Assembly (NCBI RefSeq): GCF_009834535.1
Contig: NC_045696.1
Span: 30,878,001-30,942,000 of the forward strand
Length of the DNA stretch: 64,000 nt
Direction of reading: 5' to 3'
DNA from: Camelus ferus
Taxonomy: Eukaryota
Every line of letters starts with the position of its first letter. The first letter of the stretch is position 1. A program made the translations under genes and the position numbers. The notes below the pieces were generated by a model that did not search any database, was not told the origin of the DNA, and worked only from the letters and a program-made list of their open reading frames with translations. Positions 1-11,100 of the stretch are shown here, in pieces.

Positions 1-260
1 TATTTAACAGTGCCAAATACTGTAGCAGGATTAAGTGGGATGAGGACAAAACCCAGGGATTGAATTTATTGATGAGGAATTCATTAGTAATTGTAGCAAA
101 AGCTCTTTCAACGTAGTCATAGAGATAGGGACCAGATTTAATGCATTGGGGAATGAGGAGAAAATAGAGACATTGACGTGAACCATTTCAGTCAATGAGT
201 TTTATCACGAAAGGAAAGAAATAGGACATGACACTGTGGATAAGATCATTTCAAAGGGAG
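1..260 (-). mobile_element. L2 LINE fragment (ancient, antisense)
   Basis: Purine-rich text (ggatgaggacaaaa...tcattagtaattgtagcaaaagctctttcaa...ccagatttaatgcattggggaatgagg) resembles the reverse complement of the L2 3' region; recalled similarity only. Confidence 0.6.
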
Positions 261-336
261 GATTTTCTTTTTTTGTTTTCTTTTTATTTATTTCTTTCAC
301 GTAGGAAAGAATAATATGTGGGTTGATTAAGAAAAG

Positions 337-344
337 CACACACA

Positions 345-385
<41 letters not shown>
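337..385. repeat. (CA)n microsatellite
   Basis: Directly visible; one interruption. Confidence 0.98.
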
Positions 386-389
<4 letters not shown>

Positions 390-1249
390 AGGGAGAAACT
401 GAACAGGCAGGAAGAACAGCACTGGAGACCAAATAAGGCCAAGAACAATGTGACAAAGCCTTAGGAAGAAGGTCAGTCTCTCCTCTGAATAGAAGGAATA
501 TCAGGTTAAGAAACTAAAGAAGAGGAACATTCAGAGGTCAGCAACATGTATATACCTGACAGATTGCTTCAAAAATAATTTATCAAGAAGGGTCTGAAAT
601 GGTAAGTCCGCATATCACAGACATACATTTACTTTGTGTTACATTTGTGAATCCTATCTCCTTTGAATACTTTATGGGCTCTAAAAAGTATTGTCATAAT
701 TTTAATAAAAATAGTTATTGCTTTTGGGGGAAACAAAGATTAGCATTCTCTAATTTTATATAGTACTCTAAGAAGTCTCACTGGGAGGTTATCACCCTCG
801 ATTTCATAATGCCACCAGAGAGCAAGATTATATCAAATGCCATGATACTGCAGAGCACAAAATAATGAGAATGACCACATGATGGGAAAAGTTGAATGAA
901 CGTGTTAGCACAAGCTGCATGTGGTGATAGTCAGAGAAGAGCCCAGTGGAGACCCTGCACAATCAGCCTAGATCCAGAGATGTTCTGATCTGAAGAATAA
1001 GGTAGGACACATGTTTAAAAACAAAGGGTGGAAATGGCACAGTTTTGGGGTTGACAGAGGTAGAGCAGGCAAATAGGACTTTAGAATTTGTTTGGGCAGA
1101 GGACAGAGATCTCTCTTAATATCCTTGAAAGAGGGTACCATTTAGGAAAAACAGATTCTTTATGAAGAATCAGGCTTAAGGTCGTAAGTGTGCACTGTAG
1201 TTGGGAATTTTAAAGAAGACAACACCCTGAGGAGATGCATGATACAAAC

Positions 1250-1652
1250 TGTTATGACTGAGTTGTACTCCTCCCTCCACTCCTTGGAAATTCATAGGTT
1301 GAAGCCCTAATCCCAAGCACAGTAGAATATCACTGTTTTCAGAGATAGACTTTAAAGAGGTAATTAAGTTACAATGAGGCTGTTAGATGTGCCCTGATTC
1401 AGTATGGTGCTGTCTTTATAAGAAGGGGAAATTTGGATACACAAAGGGACTCCAGTGATGCACGTGCACAAAGGAAAGACCATGTGAGGACACAGTGAGA
1501 AGACGGTCATCTACAAGTCAAAGAGCAACCAAACCTGCCAACACCTGATCTCAGACTCCTGACCTTCTGAATCGTGTGAAAATAAATTTCTGCTGTTTAA
1601 GTCACTCAGTCTGTGGTATTCTGTTACATCAGCCCAATCAAACTAAAATACA
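1250..1652 (+). mobile_element. MaLR solo LTR, MLT1B-like
   Basis: TGTTATG start and ...aactaaaataCA end; MLT1 motifs aaattcataggttgaagccctaa, tttataagaagggg, ccatgtgaggacacag and aataaatttctgctgtttaagtcac. Confidence 0.9.
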
Positions 1653-2039
1653 AACTATTTCCCTAAGTTTGATGAATAGTCCAGATCTTTTTGTTGATAA
1701 TGATAGTAACGACAAAGCAATAATAATTACAAGAATGGTAAAAAGTCATAGAATTAGTAGTAAACTCAACGTTTGTTAATACCTGGTACTGTATGTATGT
1801 ATGTATATATATTACATCAACTACTGTTATATTCATTTTATGGACAAAGATTAAATAACTTCCCCAATGCCACGAAGTATTGGCAGAAGCAGTGACTATT
1901 ACTGATAAATTGTTTTCCTGAAATCTCATATTTTTCAAAAGATGATTTAGGCAGCATACAGATAACTCATTAATAACAGGTAACAGACTGGAAAGAAGAG
2001 AAATTGATAACAAATTTGCATGTTTGGAAGGATAAAATC

Positions 2040-3200
2040 TAAATCAAATAAAAGGACATTTAAGAGCCATTATGCAACATATATGTTCTAGTTTGAAAAT
2101 ACAAGAATCTGACATCTTTTCAGTCTCTAGAGCAGATGCAGATTAGATGAAAGTTAGACTCAGCCAAAATTCTGATTTGCTAACCCAGGATAATGACACT
2201 GCAGAAAGACAAGGGAGTTGAGTGTATAAATAAGGGAGTGTTTATAATTACTGACCATGAAATTTAAACTAGTTGACTGCAGACATATAGGAAGTGAGAG
2301 ACACTGAAATGGTGAGGAGGTAAATGGATTGATGGTCAGCAAGGTAAAAGGATTTTCAGGGAGTTAATATGAATGATCCAGAATGATGAAAGGTAGTGGT
2401 CAGGGAGTTGGGCATATAAAGTTGCAATTATCAAGGAGTTGCTATGATTAATACCAATAATTTCTGTGTTATGTATTTGCAAGTATATGACTAAGTAAGG
2501 CTGAAGTACAAGACCTTTGGAAGAAAAAAATTTGAGGTACTAAGAGGCTGGACTTTGGAAGAATCATACACACAAATATTATACTACCAAGTCACCAAGA
2601 ATTAAGGCAGTAGTAGTATTGGAAAGAGTAGATTGATCTAGAAGTTTAAAATAATGAAAAGAAATTGGGAAGTATGCACTGGTAGATGGATTAATGCAAC
2701 AACAAGAGTTAGTGATTAATATAATCTTACTTGAGATTTAAAACTAGTTGTGTGTTTATTTGTGTGTGTGTCCATGTTTTTCCAAGAGAGTAAAAAAAAA
2801 TGGCCTGAAAAGAGCTGATTGGAGCTGCCACTGTAAAAAGCTTTAGGGGAATTACTGCCCTCATTAGAACAAGAAGGTAAAGATGAAATAAATGTATGGA
2901 GAAACATTAAATATATGTGGGACTTTACTGACAATGGATCATAAATTTTAGAATACAGTAGACTGGGGAGAAACAAGAGAAGGGGAAAGAATGTACAAGG
3001 TCTTATAGTCTATGAGATGAGAGTTGACTTGGACCTTAGGTGTTCTGGTATGTCTGCCATAATCGTGCATGAAAGTCGTAATGGTACTGATTCCAGTAGA
3101 TTAAAGGCAGATAGTGTGACAAAGGTTTAAATATGAGGTGATTGGAAGGTGTAGGTTTTAGTTGTCACTGAGAAACTGGAAGTACAAATGGATAATGGAC
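2040..3200 (-). mobile_element. Degenerate L2 internal (ORF2) region, antisense
   Basis: Long G/A-rich degenerate tract with L2-antisense-like phrases (ttactgaccatgaaatttaa; gaggtaaatggattgatggtc); boundaries approximate. Confidence 0.45.
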
Positions 3201-3206
3201 AGACTC

Positions 3207-3680
3207 TATATAAAACATAGAATTCTACTTCACAACCTGCAGCAACTTCTCTAGAAAACAAATGTCCTTATCTACAATAAATAGCCCAGGAAGCCAGCTT
3301 GCTGTATGTCAGACTTATTAGAATTCACAGTAACAATTCAGAAAGCCAAACAATAACACTTGTAATAATTGGCCCCAAATGGCCAGCACTCAATGGATAA
3401 CCAACAGCTTCTCCAATTTTTGTCCCATGGCCACCAGAGAAAACCAAATATTCACCCATAACCAATCATATAGGCTGTTCTGATTCTAGTCTGACTGTCT
3501 ACAGCTTCCCTATGCCAACAAAGGAGAATCAGGGCATGCATGAAGTCTTCATTTGTTTCCACTATAAAGCTTTCCCAGTTTTCTGCCTGCCTTTGTTTGT
3601 CTGCTAAAACGCAAGTGATAATGGCTGACTCTGTTCAAGTCTTTGTTTATTTGATACTAATAGTTTGGGTGGATGTCTTC
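3207..3680 (+). mobile_element. ERV1-class solo LTR (MER89/MER90/MER110-like; subfamily uncertain)
   Basis: Motifs tcacaacctgcagcaac, tatctacaataaatagcccaggaagccagc, taaccaatcatatagg (CCAAT) and actataaagctttccca (TATA) resemble old eutherian ERV1 LTRs. Confidence 0.65.
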
Positions 3681-3859
3681 AGGGAATCATAGTTTTAATC
3701 TCTGGTCCAGTATAACATTGACACATTTTGAGCTCAAGATCTTACTCCATGTATATGTGCACCATCTTATTCCTGGTTGATGGACTTGAGGATTTTCAGG
3801 AAGCTGGATAAACTCTCATTTTAGGGTCTTTTCTCCAAATCTTCTTTTTGTTACCTCCT

Positions 3860-4175
3860 TTGCTAATTCAAATCCTTGCCCAGACATCTTCTCAGGGTCG
3901 CCTTTCCTAACTACAAAATTTTATACTATAATCTGTCACTCCCTCCTTCCCCAATGATCATTCCTTATCACTCTTGCCCTGTACTTCTCTCCCTTTAACA
4001 TATTTATTATATTTCTTATTTTTCATATTATTTGTATGACAGCCCTCTCAAGCTAGAAAGTAACATCTTTGAGGGTAAAAGGCAATATTTTAAAATTAAT
4101 GAGTGGATTCCAAGAGTCTGCAGTAGTGCCTAGCAAAAGGCACTTGATAAATATTGCTTGAATTAATGAAGCAAT
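3860..4175 (+). mobile_element. L2a 3' end
   Basis: Typical terminus ctagaaagtaacatctttgagggta...gtgcctagca...cacttgataaatattgcttgaattaatgaa. Confidence 0.75.
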
Positions 4176-4789
4176 GGCAATATTTATGCAGATAAATGTT
4201 CTGTGGTCCAAGTCTCCCCAAGCATGAATTCTGTTCTAAGTTTCAGGTCCCATTTTGTTGAAAATTAAAGCCTAAAGTCTTGCTCCTGATTAGTTACTGG
4301 AGAAATTAGCAGAAACTAACAAGACTAACATTGAGTGAATATTTAAGTACATGAATACAACCTAAGACAATATCTGGATAGATGTAATGATCACTAAAAC
4401 CTTCTTCAGCTATTCCTTCTGTTTTTCATCTCTGAAATTTAGAGTAATAATAATGGCATCTCTCCAACTTCCCCATACAAAATGGAAAAGATACTGTTCT
4501 CAACTAGCTTTATTTTCCCTAGCTGTTTATGCCAACACCCCATCCTTTGATGATTAACATTTTTGTTAATGGTTAATTCACCTCAACATTGAGAAGTTAA
4601 TTATAAATTTATCATGTATTACTAAGTTTTTAAGTAAGAGTTTTTTAGGTAAATATAAAGCTCTGACAACAAATTTCTCAAGACTATTTTTGCCTAAAAC
4701 TCTATACATAACTTTAAGCAGGTAGATATTATAGTTTTCTTAAAAGTTGTAACATTTCCTCTCAACACAGTACAGTAAAATATAATAAT

Positions 4790-5187
4790 TGTTTTGGTCT
4801 GAATTGTGCATCCCCAAAATTCATATGTTGAAGCCTTTACCCTCAGTACCTCAAAATATGACTATATTTAGAGATAAGGTCTTTAAAAAGATAATTAAAA
4901 GGCCATATGGGAGGGTTCTAATAAAATGTGACTGGTATCTTTATAAGAACAAAAGAATTGGACCCATGGAGAGACACCAGGGATTCATAGGCACAATGGA
5001 AAATGCATTGAGGACATAGCAAGAAGGCAGTCATCTACAAGCCAAGAGTGGCCTCAGAAGAAACCAAACCTGCTAACAAATTGGTCTTGGACTTCTAGGT
5101 ACCAGAATTGTGAAAAAAATAAATGTTTATTCTTTAATCCACTCAACCTGTAGTACTTCGTTATAGCAGCCATAGCAAACCAATACA
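4790..5187 (+). mobile_element. MaLR solo LTR, MLT1B-like
   Basis: TG...CA termini; ccccaaaattcatatgttgaagcc, cagtacctcaaaatatgact and gcagccatagcaaaccaataca; near-perfect 5-bp TSD ATAAT (4785-4789) / ATATT (5188-5192). Confidence 0.92.
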
Positions 5188-5406
5188 ATATTTTTTTTTC
5201 TCAAAAATAGTCAATGTTCAAAGTAATTTATAGAAAAAGCAACTGGTAATTTTCTATTGATAATTGTTGCTGACTCATTCTTTTCTTTTAATAACAGAAT
5301 GCCACTCCCTTTACTCACACAACACGATCAGCACCTGCAATAGTGGCTGCCATTTTTTGAAGAATAACTATACGCCAAGTGCTGTTTTTAATACACTGTA
5401 TCTGAC

Positions 5407-5735
5407 TGTTATGGAATGAACTGTTTCCCTTCCAAAATTCATATATTGAAGGCTCTAACCCCAATGTGATTTTATTTGGAGACAGGGTCTTTAATGAATT
5501 AATTAAGGTTATGTGACATCATAATAATGGGGCTCTAATTAGATCAGACTGGTGTTAGGGACGACAGATCAAGAAGGCATTGTCTGCAGACTGAGAAGAA
5601 CTCGGTTGAAACCAACCCTATTGGCACACTGACCCTGCACTTTTTAGTCTTCAGAACTGTGAGAATTTAAATTTCTGTTGTTTAAGCTAACCAGTGTGTG
5701 GTGTTTTGGTATCATAGCTTAAGCTGACAAATACA
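5407..5735 (+). mobile_element. 5' LTR of MaLR provirus, MLT1A-like, with an internal deletion
   Basis: TGTTATGG start; aaccccaatgtgattttatttggaga; ends gctgacaaataCA, followed directly by internal sequence. Confidence 0.88.
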
Positions 5736-7088
5736 GATTTTGGTACCATGGAGTGGGATGCTGCTGTAACAAATATTCCAAAATGTAGAAATGACTTTGG
5801 AAGTGGGTGATGGGTAGAACTGGAAGAGTTATGAGGTACATGCTAGACAAGTTCAGACTGCCTTGAAGGGACTGTTGGTAGAAATATGGATGGTAAAGAT
5901 AATGCTGGGAAGGGTTTACAGAGAAAAGAGAAGAACTGTAAAGAAATTATCATCTTAGAGAATATATGTATCATAATGAACTGAATGCTCATAGAAATGG
6001 GAATATTAAAGGTGCTTCTGGTCTCAGACAGAAATGAGGAGCATATTATTGGAAACTAGAGAAAAGATAATCCCTGTTATAGAAAGGCAAAGTACTTGGC
6101 TAAATTGTGTTGTAGTATTTCACAGAAGGTAGAACTTGTGAACGACTATCTTGAGTATTTAGCAGATTTCTAAGCAACATGTTGAAGGCATGGCCTGATT
6201 TCTCCTTACTTTTATAGTAAAATACAAAAAGAGAGAGAGAGAGTGAAGGAACTGCTAAGCAAAAAAACCCACAAATGAAGATCTGGAAAATTCTCAGCCT
6301 ATCCACACCGCAGAAAATGAGAAAGCACGTTCTGAAGAGAACACCAAAGGCATGGCTGAACAATCACTCCACAGAGAGAGCACACACAGATTTAATCAGC
6401 CATCTCAGATGAAACCAAGCATAAAAACAGGGTTATACCAGCAGTGATATTACCTTGGGAAAAAGGGGAGAGATGGAACTAAATGAAGGGAGGCTTGGAA
6501 TTTTACAAGAGAAGTCAATAGAGCCATCTGGTTGTGAATAGGTGTTATCCTTCAAGAAAAGGAAAAAATGACCCTCAAAAGCAGTACCAGAGCTACCACA
6601 GGTCTGAAGGGCAAGACTGTCTCTTCTCTTGGTTTCAGAGAGTAAGGACACCTTGTTTTCAGGAGACCAGGTTGTCACAGTTGGGGCTGATGCAGTGGGA
6701 GCATCAACCAAGAGGATCCTAGGACAAAGCATCAAGCCAGAGAGAATAATTCTCAGCATTTACATTCTAATGAAGTTTGTCCTGCCCACAACCCTTTCTT
6801 CTTTCCTATTTTTCCCTTTTTGGATAGGAATGTCTATCTTATGCTTTTTCCACAGTAACATTCTTGAAGTATATAATTTGTCTCATTTTACAAGTTCACA
6901 GCTGGAGAGGAATTTTTCCTCAGGATGAATCGCACCTGAGTCCTACCCACTACTGATTTGGATGATATTTTGGACTTAAAGAGTTGTTATTGAAAGTGAT
7001 TGAAAGGAAATCTCTGGGCTGTTGGGATGGCGGGGAACGTACTTCGCATGTAATAAGTAGATGAATTTTTGAGTTCCAAAGGGTGGAA
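5736..7088 (+). mobile_element. MLT1 internal region (MaLR-int), decayed
   Basis: Begins gattttggtaccatggagtgggatgctgctgtaacaaata (MaLR-int start); ends with purine tract aaagggtggaa before the 3' LTR. Confidence 0.88.
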
Positions 7089-7474
7089 TATTATGGGATG
7101 AATTGTATCCCCACAAAATTCACATGTTGAAATTCCAATCCACAGTACCTTAGAATGTAACCATTCTTGGAAATAAGACCTATAAAGAGGTTGTTAAGTT
7201 AAAATGAACTCTTTAAAGTGATGCTCTAATTCAATATGACTAATGTTCTTAGAAGAAGAGACACCCAAGGCATGTATGCACAGAAGAAATACCATTTAAA
7301 GAGGAAGAAGAAGACAACAATCTGAAAGCCAAGGAGAGGCCTCAGAGAAACCCACCTTTGCCACCACCTTGATCTTGGATTTCCAGTCTCCAGAAAAAAG
7401 AGAAGATAAAATTTTATTGTTTAAGCCACCCAGTGTGTGGTATACTATTACAGCAGCCATAGAAAACTAATACC
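7089..7474 (+). mobile_element. 3' LTR of MaLR provirus, MLT1B-like
   Basis: ccccacaaaattcacatgttgaa, cacagtaccttagaatgtaacc, tttaagccacccagtgtgtgg; ends gcagccatagaaaactaatac. Confidence 0.9.
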
Positions 7475-7975
7475 ATTAGTATCAGAACTGTACTTTAGTA
7501 CACTACCTGGAGTGAAAATATAACAGATGGAAAAAAAAACACTTCTAAACAAGTAAAGATAATATGTAATATTGAGATGCATTTAAAAATCTGTTAACCA
7601 TTCCTACACCAAAATCTGCTTTTAGCAAATTATTTAAATTCCCAATGAAGATTAATTCTGTGTCTTTCTTAAAAAACAAATTTATCCTTCAGAGTTTAAG
7701 CTATTTTAATAGTGTTAAAATAATTATTTATAACTAAAACACAATAACATAGTAAGACAAGTTACTGGAAATAAGAAGCCCAAAACCATATTTTCCAATT
7801 TATAATTTTCCAACATATTTTTACTTCCAGTCATATGTTTTTATTTTAAAATATATGACAAATTACTTTAATTAGAAACTTTCACAGTAATAGTGTCCTT
7901 AAAAAAACATTTTTTTATTTAAGATGATCTGTAACATTGGGATTAGTGTATTTCAATATGCCTATAAATTTAATC

Positions 7976-8043
7976 ATATATAGACAGATAGACACATATA
8001 TATTATATACATACAAATATATATATGTATTACATATATGTGT
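7976..8043. repeat. (TA)/(CATA)-rich low-complexity tract
   Basis: Directly visible. Confidence 0.8.
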
Positions 8044-8124
8044 TTTTAATAGGTCAGCGCATTTGGTCAATATCGTCTCTTTAGGTATGTTCTAAGTGTT
8101 GAGATTCATTTAACTCCTACACAG

Positions 8125-11100
8125 AGGATGTCACCAAGATGGCAACATAGTTCATTCCTGATCTGCTCCCCATTAAAAAAATAAGTGATAACTATTCATG
8201 GACAAGACACCACTGAGAGAATCTAAGGACATGGGAGTGGGGCTGAAGCACTCCCTATACCACAGAAAGTAAGACAGATTGTATTAGAAGGGTAAGACAA
8301 GCAGCTCCATGGTGATCACATGGCCCCTTCCCCAGGGTGACACAGCATCACATAGAGAAATCTTCTCTGAGCCTGTGATTCCTCCAGTGAGAAAAGAGCC
8401 CATGGAGGCCATACAGATGCCCAGCATTGTGAGTCATTTTGTGTGGTTCCCTACTCTGGTCTTGCTCCCATGGGGACTGCAGGGAAATCTGTAGATCTTG
8501 ACCACTGAGAATCTGGTTGTGATGGAGAAGGGGAGAAGGGCTTGCAACAACTAGCACTTAGATCTTAGCAGACATCATTCCTACCTGCAGATCACAAGCA
8601 GTAATCAAAACCAAAGGCTTTGCAGAACCAAGTTAGTGGTGCAGTCTAACCAAGGAAACTGCAGAGTGCAGGTCTGCCTGATATGGGCTGTCAAACAAGA
8701 AGATGCACTGGTTCTGGAGCCCTGTCTGCCCCTGCTGTCTGTACAGGAGAGCTGAGTCTTAACTCCTTCAACTAATAAATGTGGTTCCTGGTTCTTTTTG
8801 ACCAGAAGGCCTGGAAAGTATACTTGGAAACGGCATAGCCCAGCAACGCTCAGGCTGACAGAAGGGTAAACAATGTTGATAACCTCCAGTGCAAAGCCAG
8901 TACTGGGCATGGAGGGTCCCCAGCAACACCTAAGCAGGAAAGTTAATTCATGCTGCTGAATGTACCTCCCAGCTCCTACTGATCCAAACATTTATTTGGG
9001 AAAATTTGAGAGGTGACTGGAGGAGGTCTTCCCATCCCACCCAGAAGGGGAGCTGAGTCAAAGCCTTGCCCAGTTGTATGTGTAACTCCTGGCCATAGGG
9101 ACTGGCAGGAATTCCTGGAGACTGCATTGCCCAGCAAGTTTGAGCAGAAAGGTTAAAAAGGAATAACTAATAGTCCACAAAGCAAAGCCAGTGGCTCCGT
9201 TCAGGCAGGGAATATGGGGCATGGGTCAACTTGAGTCAACACCACAAAGAGCCTCACTGGCCTCAGAGCTGCTTCTAATGCTGGGCCTGGGCAGGAAAAT
9301 TAATTCATATCCTTGTTTATCACTGAATACAGCCTTCAGCCCACGTGACCAAGGACCCTAAACAGAGTACACAAGAAGCTGTTGGACTGCATCCAGTAGT
9401 CCTGCTTACTGGGGCAGTTAAACAGAAAACACAACCTGTGGCTTTCCTCATCTGCAGAGCAACACTGCTGGCCTCACATCTCCAGGGAATCTGGTGCACA
9501 ATCTTGCCTGATTCAATTACCCTAACAATGAGCTGTGCAGGCTTTAGGTCCTATCCTTCTGCTTCACAAGGGCAGGGAAGATACTTCATAGTCCCACCTA
9601 CTGCTGGGTGTAGTACCCGGTTCTGACCATCTAGTAAGCATGACCAGAAAATCCAGGAAACTGTGGAGCCCATTCTACACTCTTAGCTGGACAGGGAACA
9701 AAGCCAGCAGGCCCATCTAACAGTTTTCAGTCAGTGCAACCCTCCACCCTGATCTTAGAGTGTGGACTGTTGCCTTTCCCCAAAGTATACCCTGATAACA
9801 GACCCCACCTGCCCAAGAACATTACCAGCAGGCACATCCAGAAACCCAAATTGAGCTGACCAGTGAAGAACCACCTGCTGAAGCAAACCTATAAAGTCTG
9901 GAAGAGGAGACCACACACTCAAATGGAAAGATAACAATGGAAGGATTCAAGGATCATGAAAAGTCAGGTAAATATGATGCCCTAAATTGACACTAAAGAA
10001 ATGGGCATCTATGAAATGTCAAAGAATTCAGAACAATCCTCTTCAAAAAGTTTAGTAAACTAGAAGAACATAGAGATATTTAACAAAATGAGGAAAGCAA
10101 TGCATAAACAAAATGTGAAGTTCAACAGAGAGAAACCATCAAAAAACAAACAAATGAACAGAAATCCTAGAGCTGAAAAATACAATAAACAGAAGATTTT
10201 AATAAAGAGCTTCAAAAGCATACTTGACCATGCAGAAGAATCACTGACCAGAAAGATAGGACATTTGAAGTTATACAGTCAGTGGAGCAGAAAGAAAAAA
10301 GAATGAAAAAAGAGTTAAGAAAGCCTATGAGACTTATGAGACACAATTGAAAGAAAGAACATTTACATTAAAGGAATTCCAAAAGCAAAAAAAAAGGAAC
10401 AAAAAGTATAGTTACAGTAATACTGGCTGAAAACTTCCCAAGTCTGGAGAAAGAAACAGACACACATACTCATGAGGCCCAAAGACCCCCAAATAGTTTG
10501 AGCCTGAATAGGGCTAGTCTGAGACACATTATAATTAAACTGTCAAAAGACAAAGACAAAGAAATAATTTTTAGAGCAGCAAAAGAAAAGAGAGAAATAA
10601 CATACAAGGGAATCCCCATTATACTAATGGTGAATTTCTCAAAAGAGACTTTTCAGACCAATGGAGAATGTCATGATACAGACAAATGGTTAAAGAAAAA
10701 AGCTGTTAAGCAAGAATTCTATACCCAGCAAATGTCTTTCAGAAATGAAGGAGGAATAAAGACTTTCTTGAACAAACAAAAGCTGAGGAGGTTCACCATC
10801 ACTAGACTTGACTTACAAGAAATAATACAGTTTTTTTTAATAGAAGTAAAAGGACACTAATTACCACCATAAAAATGTAAGAAGGTAGTATAAAAGTTGT
10901 TGGTAATAGTAAATATATAGTCAAAGTTAATTTCTGTGATACAGTAATGGTGATGAATAATTTACTTTCAAACTCTAGTTTAAAAGTCTAAAAATACAGT
11001 AAAAATGACAATAACTGTGATAATCTGTTATTAGTTACATAATATAAAAATATAAAACTGTAACCTAAAATGTGAGGGGAAGGAGGCATGCAGAAGTGTA

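Noticed and set aside
205..456. ORF with CVCVCV run (likewise 33286-33606, 33311-33502, 63461-63754)
   Set aside because: These are translations of (CA)n/(TG)n microsatellites, not genes.
563..601. Plus-strand 39-nt exon-like segment (cctgacag|...ATG|gtaagt; IASKIIYQEGSEM)
   Set aside because: No polypyrimidine tract; lies in probable L2-derived sequence; no partner exons or recognised homology.
6100..6928. Cluster of overlapping ORFs
   Set aside because: Inside the decayed MaLR internal region; no intact gag-like ORF.
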